Of a stretch of 64,000 bases of DNA, positions 22,338-34,200 are shown in pieces; within the stretch, counting starts at the first letter, position 1, and every line of letters begins with the position of its first letter. The translations under genes and the position numbers were made by a program. Below the pieces are notes generated by a model that was not told where the DNA came from, made no database searches, and saw only the letters and a list, made by a program, of their open reading frames with translations. The DNA comes from Cyanidioschyzon merolae (taxonomy: Eukaryota), in assembly GCA_000091205.1 (NCBI GenBank), contig AP006497.2, one strand, 5' to 3'.

Positions 22338-24929
22338 GCGTCTCGAGACCTGTTGAGCTTCGTTATGGCGAGATTCATGCCTGCAAATATATGTTAGAAA
22401 TGTTTCTAACGAAATATGCGCAGTTGAAGCCATAAGCTTGAGTTTTGACTGGAGCCAGAAGATAGAAACAAAGGCGCTGGTTACCGCAGCAAGCCTGAAT
22501 ATGCATTTGTGACCTGATTTTTCTGAGCTGTATTCTCTAGGTGCGCTGCGTCCGTATGCGATTTTTCAGCTGCGACATTTCCGGCGATGGGCGCGGAGTG
22601 TGTGTGACCGAGTTAAAAATCAGCGTGGCAACAGATTCCGTTCGAAACTTGTAGAAGGAAGAAACTCATTGTGAAGAATCGGTAGAGGAACAGCAGGGGG
22701 GTGGATGGCGCGTATGAGCTTTGAAACGGTGTGCGATGCAGCTCCCAAACAAGCACAATACTTAATCCAATCGGCTGGATCGCTTGGCTTCACAAGCTTT
22801 CGCAAAAAGCTTGGAATGGACACTGAACAGGATTCACCAAATCGTGGTGGACGAAAGCAGCCTCGTGTTCCAAACACAAATGTTCGCAGTTTTAAGGTAA
22901 CATGTCGTACATGTAAGCAGAATTCTATGCCGAATGATAAACTCGACACCTGTAGGAAAATGGCAGGGCACGTAAGCAGTCTCATATGCGTAAGGAGAGG
23001 GTTGTCACTTTGAAGAAATAGATTGTTTGACGAAAGCAGGTTTGGGTGCTATATGCTAGGCTTGAAATTTTAAGGAACTAGATCGTGGACAGATTCTGTC
23101 TTGTTCACCAAGGGGGAAGCGGAACATTTTGAGGAAAGAGATAAGATCGTCAAGACGAAACAGATGTCTCGCTGTTGGACTCGCACGATGAAAGCATACC
23201 AAGCATTGGTTTCAAAGTGCGAAACAAAACATCAGATGAGTCGCAAGCGTGGAATGCAATACCTTTGAATATGTTGTAATCTGCAAAGGGCTTCCATTCC
23301 CATGGCAGAAAAAATGGACCAGGCCCTTCGACACGAGCGCACACGCTAAAGTCTGGTTCGCTTCTCAACGTTGCCAACATCAGCTGTTGTGGATTTGTTC
23401 TGCGACTGCTTCCCTCATCTCTCTGATCTCTCCAGCTTTCAATACGCCGGTCGCTCCTGTCGCCAAGGTCCATTGTCACACGTCGACAGATGTTAATGGC
23501 AGCACGCAAGTATCGATGCCGCTGCCTACGGCTATTGTGGATGCATTTCACTCGCAGATCGTAGTTGTGATGGTACTTCGCTTGCCATTTTTGTCTTCTT
23601 CGTATACCGTCGCGATGGGTTTTCGTGACGGAGGCATATGACTGTAATCGGCGTGGTCCCGTGTACTCACCAAACCCTCTCCGGGCGCCCGGCTACGGTG
23701 CGTGAAGGCTTGCCTCATCGCTCAGTTCATGATCTTGCTGGATATAGAAGGCTCTCCTTGATGCCCTCCATTACAGCTGCGTCCGGCGCCTTACCCTAAA
23801 CTCGCGAACTTCTTCTGTTCGATCTCCTTTGCGCGTACTCTGTCCGCTGCACGTGGAAGCGCACGCTAGTCCTTTCGACGGGGGATTTGCGGAACGCGGT
23901 ATTGTATACGATTGAACCAGAACTAGAACGAAACTCCGGACTGGGGTGAAAGTCGAAAAATGTCGATCCGAGTAAGCGCCTCGCATGCAAATAGGTGACA
24001 CAGTCTGAATGAGGTGCAATCGCTGAAGTTCGAGTCCGCAACTGTTTGCCATGCAAACGGAAGCGACGAGAGCCCTTGAGAGCATATTCTATGAGCGGTA
24101 TCATGCCGATGTCGAATGCCATGTATTCTATGGCCACAAAATGATGAGGTGTTATGCTCGAATGGGGTCGATCATCAGACGTGAGAAGCTCAGTGCTGCC
24201 CTGGGCATGAGCTTATGGAGACCTGGCACCAGGAAGTCGTCTGTTCTCTATTCGTCGTCAGGCCAGCAGTGCAAATCGCTGCGCCCACGAGTTGGCTTGA
24301 GAAAGAAAGGTCGAAAACTTGAGGAACGCATGATTTGAGCATGCAACAAGTAACGGAAGGAGAAGGTTTGAGTCTTGCGTGAATGTTTTGGATCATAATA
24401 TGGTTTACTATTCGAACCCCTATTCAAAGGCGTAGGAAATCATCATGATTCTATTGACGCACCAAATTCCAGCGGCAAGTTGTGAGTGCTCAACTCCGAA
24501 ATGATCGAGCGTTTCAAAATCATCTATGACTCCATACGCCCGTATTCCTTCACTTCAAATCTTGAGGCTGAGCAACTAAAATAAGTACGGAAAATATCGA
24601 ATAGCTGAACAGAATGAGCAATTTAATATTCCATTTAAAAGCAACAAGCTGTACTTGACAAGGTCTCACGCACGAAGTAATTGAAGGGTTCTTCCAGATC
24701 TGGATAAAATGGCACTCACATCAATCGTTAGGTCGAACACCACGTCTCATTTTGCTCCGCCGATGGGTTCATGGCGAACAACACCAGTACTCTCCGTAGA
24801 AGGTGCTCTGTCGTGTCACAGTAAACACTCACATTAGGCAAGGGGATGCTACGCTATTCGAGCGACGATGTGATCTACCAGCGGAAGTCGATGTGCCCAG
24901 TGCCACCGTTGAAGTTAGACAGATGGGAG

Positions 24930-25210
24930 GCTAAACTTCTATTCGAAGCCTCGATTCGAGCGTATAACTTGCCAAAGTGTCGTTCTGGTCTTCCATCTCT
25001 ATTTTTTTCCTGGGTACTGCGGAAAGACTGACCTGGGAGAGGAATGCAGTCCCCCTAGTACTGTCCAGGAAAGAATATATCCTGCAGGCAATTCTTCAAA
25101 GATCTATGGGCTACATCGCACACTGTTTTCGATCTCCTGCTCGATACCGTATCGGAGATGGAACAAGAGTAAGTTGGAAGACCATAAGACCGCTTTCTTT
25201 CGAGTGCTTC
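24930..25210 (+). repeat. Dispersed non-coding repeat, copy A of two in this window (the other is at about 31000-31290).
   Basis: Nucleotide similarity to 31000-31290 is extended but gapped. The core GAGGAATGCAGTCCCCCTAGTACTGTCCAGGAAAGAATATAT (25039-25080) matches GAGGAATGTAGTCCCCCTTGCACTGTTCCGTAAAGAATATAT (31113-31154), and both flanks are conserved (for example CTATGGGCTACATCGCACACTG versus CTAAAGGGTACATTGCATCGTG). Neither copy has a consistent ORF. Confidence 0.5.
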
Positions 25211-25471
25211 CTAGCAACGACATGTCGAAGCGTGATCTGGCGCGCACCAGCGCTGTGATCCTGCCAGCGAATGAGCGCGCATCGGCGCGGGTGTGCTGTC
25301 GCGGAGCGCGTCGTCCGTCGACTGCTTCCGCAGATCATTTTCCGGGGGTACACCTGGGCACGAGCTTCGAGACTCCGGTGCCATACGTGCAACACGGAAT
25401 CCTAGAAGAAAAGCGTCTGATATCCTAGGATAGGGCTGCGTATCGCTGTAAACGATTCTGTCAATCTTTCC

Positions 25472-26692
25472 ATGGCGCCTCTGTGTTTTACAGTTGCGCC
25501 TGCGAGGAAAAACGGGTCAGAACGCTTGCGCCGGTTGGGGGCCGAGCGAGCGGACGGCGCGTTCCTGGCGGCTTTATGCAAGTCTAGATGGGCGCGCTTC
25601 GGGCGCAGAACACAAGTCTCAGGTCTCCACTGGAAACTTACCTGCATTAGCACGCATGAGAATGTGTCTGAGGCACCGAACTCACTATTACGTGAGGAAG
25701 ACCTTCAGAGTGGCCCGCTGACGACCGAGCACCAGAGACATATTCAAGGTGTGCCTCCGGTACACCCCAGAATGCGGGCGAATTTTGAGAACATGATAAG
25801 AGCTGCTCAGAACTCCATCTGTCTTGCGTTAGAGAACGTCGATGGTTCCGGAAAGAAGTTTCGTGAGGACGCATGGGTACGCGGCGCTGATGGCGGTGGC
25901 GGCATTTCCCGCGTTCTCCAAGACGGTCATGTTTTTGAAAAGGCCGGTGTTAACGTGTCCATTGTTTACGGCACCATGCCTCCCGAAGCCTTGCAGGCAG
26001 CCTCTGCCGGCGCTGTCGCTCGTAATGCGGGATACGCCCGGGACGAACGAGTCCCGTTCTTTGCGGCCGGAATCTCATCCGTCATTCATCCATGGAATCC
26101 GCATGTTCCGACGATGCATTTCAACTATCGGTACTTTGAAACCGACAAGGGCATGTGGTGGATGGGCGGGGGCACCGATCTCACGCCGTCCTACCTTTAC
26201 GTCGAGGATGCGCAGCATTTCCATGGCGTTCTGAAATCAGTCTGTGATCGCCACGATGCCGCGTTCTATCAAAGATTCAAAAAATGGTGCGATGACTATT
26301 TCCTCATTCGTCATCGGGGCGAGCGTCGCGGCATTGGAGGCGTGTTTTTCGATGATTTGAATGATCGCCCGGCAGAGGAACTGTTCAAATTTAGTTCAGA
26401 TATGGTGGGCCATGTGGTTGAGGCGTACGTCCCCATCGTTGAACGCCGCAAGCACATGCCATACACTGAAGAGCAAAAACGTTGGCAGCAGTTGCGTCGA
26501 GGTCGATATGTGGAGTTCAACCTCGTCTATGATCGCGGCACCGTCTTTGGTCTCAAGACCGGCGGTCGTATCGAAAGCATTCTTATGTCGCTGCCGTTGA
26601 CGGCACGATGGGAGTACGATCATCAACCAGCAGAAGGGACTCCAGAATGGGATCTTCTAGATGCGTGCAGACATCCTCGTGAATGGGTGTAG
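25472..26692 (+). CDS. CPOX: Oxygen-dependent coproporphyrinogen III oxidase (HemF/CPOX). The conserved domain starts near the Met at 25772, and the first 100 aa are probably a presequence.
   Basis: The translation carries HemF family motifs: [31 protein letters not shown], then [30 protein letters not shown], then GGTDLTPSY, then [15 protein letters not shown], then [29 protein letters not shown]. Confidence 0.85.
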   Translation: MAPLCFTVAPARKNGSERLRRLGAERADGAFLAALCKSRWARFGRRTQVSGLHWKLTCISTHENVSEAPNSLLREEDLQSGPLTTEHQRHIQGVPPVHPRMRANFENMIRAAQNSICLALENVDGSGKKFREDAWVRGADGGGGISRVLQDGHVFEKAGVNVSIVYGTMPPEALQAASAGAVARNAGYARDERVPFFAAGISSVIHPWNPHVPTMHFNYRYFETDKGMWWMGGGTDLTPSYLYVEDAQHFHGVLKSVCDRHDAAFYQRFKKWCDDYFLIRHRGERRGIGGVFFDDLNDRPAEELFKFSSDMVGHVVEAYVPIVERRKHMPYTEEQKRWQQLRRGRYVEFNLVYDRGTVFGLKTGGRIESILMSLPLTARWEYDHQPAEGTPEWDLLDACRHPREWV

Positions 26693-27363
26693 TGCGATGC
26701 CTTTCAGGTCGCAGGCGGTGTACGTGCCGAATTCTAGACAGGAAATGAAAGTTCCACTTACAAAACAAGGCGGAAACTCTCCAGCGTACATAGCAACCAC
26801 ATGTCATCTAGCGCATCTCGGATCCACTGCATGGTTTGGCTTCCGCAGGATGGCGCACTTGCATGGAATTCACTCCGGGGATTCCACTGCTTGCTGCATC
26901 GCTCCAGGATAACAATGGTTGAGCAAGCCATGGCGATGCTGTTCGGTGACCGACGCGCTGCGTTACGAGTGGCGACTCGCACATGCCGTTCAAGGCGCCA
27001 CCAGTTTCGTTCCGGCTCGTAGCATAAGTGTCAGCCCGCATCTCGTATACGCGTATGGCAGGATGTTCTATGTAGCGCGTTGGCCTCCATGCAGCGTCGT
27101 GTTCCGGGGAGAACATCCGATTCGACAACAGGTGGGGATTCCGAGGCATCGGATGGGTCGCACCTCCGATACGCATGTAGTGGCGAACCGGACGCCTAGC
27201 GCTGATATCCCAAGGAATGAGACCTGCATCGATCTGTGCAGGTTGAACTTCGCGACGGAATAATGCACCAATCTGTATATACATACTGCAGTGGGGTGCA
27301 GGGAGAAACGGGGTTTGGCGGTTTGTCGTCAAGATGCTGCCGTGGTAAAGCACGAGATTTGCA

Positions 27364-29871
27364 CTATGAGGGACCGAGGCTCGCTGCCCAGCTTCCCAGC
27401 GATGCGTCGGTGAGGAATCGACTCTCGATGGCATCGAAGTCGAAGTCGTCCAGTGCACGTTCGACAAATGTTTTTTCGCCACCCTGTTGATCGTTCTCAG
27501 ACAAGGTTTCAGTCGCTGACGGCTGCCACAGTGGTTCGACAGCAGGCGCCGCAGCTTCAGAATCCGGCTGAGGATGCTCTCCGGGTCGTGCTGGCTGAAG
27601 AACGGGCTCTTTCTGCACCGTTTCGTTTCTTGATGGTTGCCAACTCGTTTCAGGGTTCAGGTCGAGCCCTGAATGGATTGGCAAGCCTTCTTCCATATGA
27701 ACTTTGGATTCGATGCCGAGCTTCTGGAGAACGAGCTTGGCATAATCAAGGTAAGCGTTGTCGGGATCCGATGAGAAATCCGATTGACGCGGATCCCCGC
27801 CTCCCGTCAAGAAGTGTTCCACAAAATCCGGATCTACGACAACTATGGCGAAGATGGCATCCTGGACGACAGCGCGCTTGCGATACATCAAGCGAGCGTG
27901 GGCCTGCGTTAGTCGAACGAGCGATTCCAGGAGGCGCACCGTTGTGCGAGCAGCGCTTCGCTCCGAGTTCGTCCTTCGCAACGCATAGTACGCGCCAAGC
28001 ACGCACTCGGATGCGGGAGACAGCGTCGGGCGAAAAGTGCCTCGCACATGGTGCAGGTACTGACGCAGTTGTTCGAGGCTCCAGTCCAGCGATGGAATGG
28101 GATTGTCGAACACGTCATCTGGAGGTCTTCGGAATGGACTTTTTTTCTCAGCGTAATCATTGAGCACGAAGTCAGCGACTCGTTCATCCCATTCATCATC
28201 CTGTTTGTCTGTCAGGATGAGAATAACGTCGAAGCGACTGAGTAGCGGTGACGCAACTCCCAACGCAATGGACAAACTGTTGCCTGTCTCGCCTGATTTC
28301 CTTAAATGCTGCAGTGAGGCCTTTGTTGCTTTTGGATTAGTTGCCGCGAACACGGTTGCTCTCGTGTTCAAACGACAAACAAGACCGGCTTTTGCGACGC
28401 TCACAGTCTGCTGTTCCATCGCTTCGTGGATCGCCGCTCGATCATGTTCGCGTATTGAGTCAAATTCATCAATGCAGCAGAGCCCGCCATCAGCGAGCAC
28501 CAGGGCACCGGCTTCGAGAGCCCATTCGCCGGTCGCTGGTTCGCGTACAGCGGTGACTGTGAGGCCTGCGCCGCTCGTTCCAATGCCGGTTGTTAATACG
28601 GCGCGCGGGCTCAGAAGTGCTGCGTAACGCAAAAGGCGGCTCTTTGCCGTACCAGGGTCGCCGACCAGGAGCAAATGAGATTCACCGCGAACGCGTGCGC
28701 CGCTAGAGTCTTCCTGGGGAACGCCACCGATAAGCGAGAGCAGCACAGCCAATTTCACGATGAACATACCATACGTTTGCGGACAGACCGCTCGGATAAT
28801 GCGATCTCTAGCTCGGAGGATAACTCCATCACGCTTAGCTAGGCGCCAAAAATGCCCAAATGCATCTAAGAGATCTGGGCTGATATCGACGATCGCTTTG
28901 CGTTCATTGTTGATCTGGACGTAGTTTGCCTCCAAAATTACATCCATATCGCAACGTGTACCGGGTACGAGAGGGCGAAGCCACCGGCGCTGCAAAATGC
29001 CGGTCACGGTTATCTCATCTCCGGCTTTGCAAGACCCCGCCAATTCATCTGTAAGCACGACAAGGATCGATCGTGGTATGGAGCCCATTCCGAGATGCTG
29101 TACGGATTCCTGAAGGCGAATTTCCTGGTAATCTCCACAGGCGCAGGTGCCAGCGTCGCCGTTGCTTCGAGTCACAGGGGCGAAGCGTGTACCCGAACAC
29201 GGAGCATTACATCTCTTGAATCTTTTCCAGGGTCTTCCTCGAGTCGTTGAGGTCGCCTCAGACGTTTCTGAGTCTTGCAACTCGTTTCCAGATGGACAAC
29301 GGAGTGGCAACTCAAATACAACAGATTTGCTGACCGGCGTCGCTTGGGCTCGAAACTGATACCCACACTTCAAACATTCGTACTCGCGTTCCTTTTCGCG
29401 TACCATAACGCTCCCGGTTCGCGTAACGGTTCCCGATAGTACGATAAGGCGTCCCATGTCTGCCGATCTTAGGCCCGAAATCGTCGGCTTCGTTACTTCC
29501 GCACATTGCGGCAAGTTTGATATCCTCACATGTACAAGTGGTTTGAACGACAAACGCTGTTCTTGCGTTTCCGAAGCATGCGAAGATTCTCTCTCCGTTA
29601 AAAGTCTTGTTTGAGCATCACGAAGGGCCTCGTCCAGAATAGGGAGAAACGTCGTGGGCCTCGCCAAGATAAGAGCCGCGAGATCGCTATGAAAACAGGC
29701 CAAATCCAGAAAGTTCACCCGCACGGCAGCGTATTTGGATACGTCCGGCTGTGCTAGGATTCGTTCGATTTCCTGAAAATGCTGGGATAGAAGAAAACTC
29801 GAGAAAGTGAAGATATACTCGCTAAGACAGGGTTCGGTGCCCGCGGGGCCCGCAACTGGAGGCAGCTCCAT
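27364..29871 (-). CDS. MCM-family replicative AAA+ helicase paralog. It looks MCM8/MCM9-like rather than MCM2-7.
   Basis: The MCM N-terminal OB fold carries a C4 zinc finger (CLKCGYQF...RCPSG). The AAA+ core has Walker A LLVGDPGTAKSRLLRYAA, Walker B CCIDEFD, and the arginine-finger region SRFDVILIL. The Walker A variant GDPGTAKS and the overall length resemble MCM9/8. Confidence 0.8.
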   Translation of the reverse strand: MELPPVAGPAGTEPCLSEYIFTFSSFLLSQHFQEIERILAQPDVSKYAAVRVNFLDLACFHSDLAALILARPTTFLPILDEALRDAQTRLLTERESSHASETQEQRLSFKPLVHVRISNLPQCAEVTKPTISGLRSADMGRLIVLSGTVTRTGSVMVREKEREYECLKCGYQFRAQATPVSKSVVFELPLRCPSGNELQDSETSEATSTTRGRPWKRFKRCNAPCSGTRFAPVTRSNGDAGTCACGDYQEIRLQESVQHLGMGSIPRSILVVLTDELAGSCKAGDEITVTGILQRRWLRPLVPGTRCDMDVILEANYVQINNERKAIVDISPDLLDAFGHFWRLAKRDGVILRARDRIIRAVCPQTYGMFIVKLAVLLSLIGGVPQEDSSGARVRGESHLLLVGDPGTAKSRLLRYAALLSPRAVLTTGIGTSGAGLTVTAVREPATGEWALEAGALVLADGGLCCIDEFDSIREHDRAAIHEAMEQQTVSVAKAGLVCRLNTRATVFAATNPKATKASLQHLRKSGETGNSLSIALGVASPLLSRFDVILILTDKQDDEWDERVADFVLNDYAEKKSPFRRPPDDVFDNPIPSLDWSLEQLRQYLHHVRGTFRPTLSPASECVLGAYYALRRTNSERSAARTTVRLLESLVRLTQAHARLMYRKRAVVQDAIFAIVVVDPDFVEHFLTGGGDPRQSDFSSDPDNAYLDYAKLVLQKLGIESKVHMEEGLPIHSGLDLNPETSWQPSRNETVQKEPVLQPARPGEHPQPDSEAAAPAVEPLWQPSATETLSENDQQGGEKTFVERALDDFDFDAIESRFLTDASLGSWAASLGPS

Positions 29872-30999
29872 CGCTTACCCGTAAACCTTTGGGTCAGACG
29901 TTCAAGCGCCCGCACTCACGATGCCTGCACGACGCGGGGGGCGCAAACCAGGTTCCTGCCGTCTACCTCCTGATGCCCTGTCTTCAACAAAGTTTCCTAC
30001 CTTGGCACAACGTAGGTGCTCTCTCCGATCCTTAAGTCGGTGCAGTGGACGTATCAGCACCGGTTGGTCGCGGATGGAGCTGGACCCCAAACCGTGCGGA
30101 AACACGCCGGAGCACGTCGAGTCTGAGGGATATTCGGGCGTGACTTGACCAACCGCAAATTGATCCAAAAAGCGCAAACTCTCACACACCGCGGAATTCC
30201 AAGAATTTTGCATGAAAGCACTTAATCGCACGCCTAGCGAAACTGGTGCGGGCGACACCAAAGCGCGCTTTTTCGCGCCCAGTCGCGTGCCGCAAAGACA
30301 CGCAGTGAGGGGCAACACGCATGCGCATGTCCGCTGACTACGTGTCCGCATTGTGGCGCGCGCTTTTTCCCGCTGCTTCCCGAGCGTGTCGATTCATTCG
30401 CTTCACGAACTTGGAAAAATTGGCAGAAAAGAACCATTACCTGGCAACCCGATAACAATTTGCTTCCCCCTATACTATAAGCGTTCATAAGAGAAAGTTT
30501 CCGTATTTTAGAAAGATCATGGTCCAGACGGACAGTTCCGCGAGCCGAACGAGTCTGCCGGGTAAGTGCTCCGTGTCGCCAATGGCGAAGGCTGTAACGA
30601 GACACGGGCAGCCCGTCCGCAAGCTGGTTTATTCTGGGACTAGGGTAGTTAGGCTGCGTCTGGGAATCGCGTTTAGCGCGGTGGCCTCCTAGCATATCGT
30701 TTCGCGCTGCCGCAGGTGATACGGGTGTCTATGCAGCTTGCACGCTACCAGAATGCTGATAAACCTGACCCCATGTCTGGTGAACTACCTGTCGAGCTGA
30801 CGCTCTCAGTGGTATGACAAAGCCATACTGTCTCTGTGCCGCATCCGCGCCTACGGTAAAAGTGCTATGGTGGGGTACTCACGATAGGCACTTGGCGCTC
30901 GATAGAGCGTATGAAACGTTCAGTACATCTGAAAGGAAGCATAAGTAATGCAGCTTGGAAATGGGAGGAACGGCGAATGTGTTGCCGTGTGCTGATATC

Positions 31000-31290
31000 A
31001 AGCCCACAGTCGCGCATCTCTGCCGTGTGTAAACTTTTTGTCAAATTATAATCGTCTTTGTTTCATCCTTCTCCAAATATCTGAGTACTGTGGGATCACT
31101 CAAAATTGAAGGAGGAATGTAGTCCCCCTTGCACTGTTCCGTAAAGAATATATTCGTACACGCATTTCATTTACCATCTAAAGGGTACATTGCATCGTGA
31201 TTTCGGTCTTCCGCTATACATTGCGAAAAAGCACTTTATTGCACTCCGTGGGGTGAGTTAATGTTGATTTCAAAGACCATAGGCGTTACA
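31000..31290 (+). repeat. Dispersed non-coding repeat, copy B (homologous to 24930-25210).
   Basis: See copy A. The same orientation and a shared core of about 300 nt with indels support a nonautonomous TE, SINE or MITE-like element rather than a chance match. Confidence 0.5.
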
Positions 31291-34200
31291 GGCTGCGTTG
31301 CTGCATCCGGGAATAGAATAGGACCATATTTGCCAACAGGCTGTAGCAGCGATTTTCGCAACCAGCTACTCGATGAACTTTACTGAAGCCGCGTATTCAT
31401 GCGGCATCAGAGTGGAGCTCACGCACCTCGTATATCGCAAGGCGATGCGACTCGGATACAAAAATGACAGAGAAAAATGAAACTTCTTCCTTTTGATAAA
31501 TGGGATGTACGCATTATAGTTTGCGCCTTTTCTAATTGTCCTCAACATCAGCCTTTTGCAAGCTTATTCTTCGACCGTTCTTTTCTTCTATATCCGGCTT
31601 TGAACACTTCTTTCTCTCCTTTCCCTCCGGTTTCGTCGTCAGCAGTCCATGGGTGAAGGACGCAGGGGTAAAGTACCGAATTCGCAGCTTCCGGCTGTTA
31701 TTATTCATGCATTTCATGCACAGGTGGCAGTTGCTCTTGATCGATCGCTTGCAGTCGGCAAATACTTCGGAGACAGCCTCTGTGCGCCGGCTGCAGCTGT
31801 GCCAATGGATTGCGGTTGAGCGTTCCCACTCGTCCACCATATGTCGTCCACGGAGTGCCACCCGGTGGCACCTCAATGATTGCTTTATCCTCGGTATATG
31901 TCCATGAAGGGTAAAGACGGCTCCTCAGGAAACCGTACACAGTTTCCCGGTCCCGCAACGTGCCCCACGCTCACCTGCTTCCTCAGGGCGATCCTTCGGA
32001 AAGTTCCTTGTCCGCTGCACGCGTAAAGCTTACACAGTCCCATTTGATACAGAATTTTTGGAACGCAATGTTGTCCATGATGAGAGGGGCATCAAATGGA
32101 AAGTCTGGGCTCATAGTCGAGTCGTGAAAATTCGATTCGTCTACGCTCTTATCGCGCAAAGCTGAGACGCACTGTCGACTGGAACAAATGGCTGCAATGA
32201 CACAGACCCGGGCCCAGGACGCTTTTCCACGCAATAAGAAGAGAAAAGTGCATCTGATAGCATACTCTGTAAGGGTGGTATGCTGCTGTCGTGTCCTGTT
32301 TTTGTCAATGTGCGTGAAGAGCGGAGGGTTCGTCTTTCGCTTAGAATCATGTATTTGAGGAAAAATTTTAGTGAACTTGTGGCATGAGTTTATGACGAAA
32401 TCTCCAAGAAACGGCGTCAGGCTTTTTCGTTTTCAATGCACTGGTGGTGATCGCTGCGCCAACGACGCTGCTGCAAACGGAAAGGGCGAAAACCTGAAGA
32501 ATGCTTGATTTTTTTAGTGCATACTACGCGTAAGTAGACGAGAAGAGAGGTGTCTCGTTCGTACGCATCGGACAATATCATCTGTCATTTTACGAACGCT
32601 TGCCCGCAGGTGTCACAAATCACCTTGGTGCAGGTGACGTTCGGAATTCCAGCTCCAAGGAGTCAAATGTGTCACTATGAAAAACTGACCGAAGATACTG
32701 GGAGCATACGTAAATCGGTACGCCTTCACTGCTGCACTTCGATTTTTGAGGTTGCGCAAATGAAATAGCTCTGAAAACTATCAAAAGGCAGTAAAAGAAC
32801 GAGTATATCCATGTTCCATTACAATCTGATACGCGAAAACGCGGACACATCGCTGTCAACAACTGCAGACGAGCCGAAGCACCCGGCGGGTGCATCGCTG
32901 CGCGCCAAATTCCTCTGCATGCGCGTGCGGGATTTGTTCTCCCGAGCGAGTGCCTGATATCTGCCGCTGCAACGCGGTGGGACTTTCCCAGAGGGAGCTC
33001 GCTTCCTCTGGAACTGAGGCTCTCGAACCTTGAGGATCATCAGAGATCCTTGCATAGAGACCTTCTTGAATTTGAGCAGCAGATTCGTGGCGATCTGGCT
33101 GCGTTGGAGGGCGCAATGCTTGGTAAATTTCGCGCCTTGCTTGCCTTTCTGAAGAAGAGCTCCGTTGTCGGTGCTTCTAGCCAAACGGAAGCTGTCGGGG
33201 CGTCGAGAGTCCTGGCCACAATTCGACCTGCTTGAGAGATGCGGTTGGGAACGTCCGTTACTGCACGCGAAGCGCTGAAGCGCAAGCGGAAACAGCGCCA
33301 CCGAGCGGTGTGTCGACACCGTGTTTCACGTGTTCAGGCCAACTAGATCGTGATCGATATTCCCGTTGGATTTGAGAGTTTCGCCTCGCACTGGCTCGAG
33401 TGGAGCGAGCTCGTGAGGAGCTCGCGAAAAGACTGGACATGGTCGAAACCACGACCGCAAACCTAGTGCACATGGTCGAGTCAAGAGCCCGTCGTTTCGG
33501 CCCAGGTGGCCGCTTCGCGGCAAGCGGCGACGCCTGGAATGAAATATTCCAAAAGGACGGAACGAGCTCGCGCGTTCAGCTGTACCTATTGCGTATGATT
33601 GACGGTGTCGAAGAAAAAATAGCAGGTATGGTCCGCGACCAGGCAACATGCTTTCGACGACCATGAGGTGTCGACTGCAACAACCAAGATGCGATAACGA
33701 GTCACACGAAATCAGGCGCCTTCGAACGACGAAATCCTGAGACATTACAGTTTTTTACGGCAAAAATCTATTACTGCAGCGTTGTGTACGTGGTTATATC
33801 GAATAATGGAACATTACGGTCGATTAGCAATTACCGAGGAAAATTTTTCACGGCGTACGTGCAAGGCGCTTCAGACGTTCTGGATAACTGACCATACAAT
33901 TGAAATGCGTTGCTCCGTGAGAGAATCCGATGCTCGCTCCGCAGGCCAAGAATCCTTTTCACCGCACTTCTTCCGCATTGGAGCAGAATTTCCATATGGA
34001 ATACTGAACGACTCCCTCGCAAGTATGCATGACAGAAAGCCGCTGAACGATCCGGAAGCACATGACTCTTCCTGATTTTGATCGAGGCGTTTAAGCCGCG
34101 GTGTGAAAAGTGCCTGCGCACGTTTTAGCTGGTGGAATCAGACCAGAATAATCAGGTAGTTTTTGGTTTCCTTGCAATCTGACACTCATTCAGCCTACCG

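Noticed and set aside
26808-27482. 224-aa minus-strand ORF between the CPOX and MCM genes
   Set aside because: I found no recognisable motifs. Its composition looks like translated non-coding GC-rich DNA, and it overlaps the likely 3' regions of two convergent genes.
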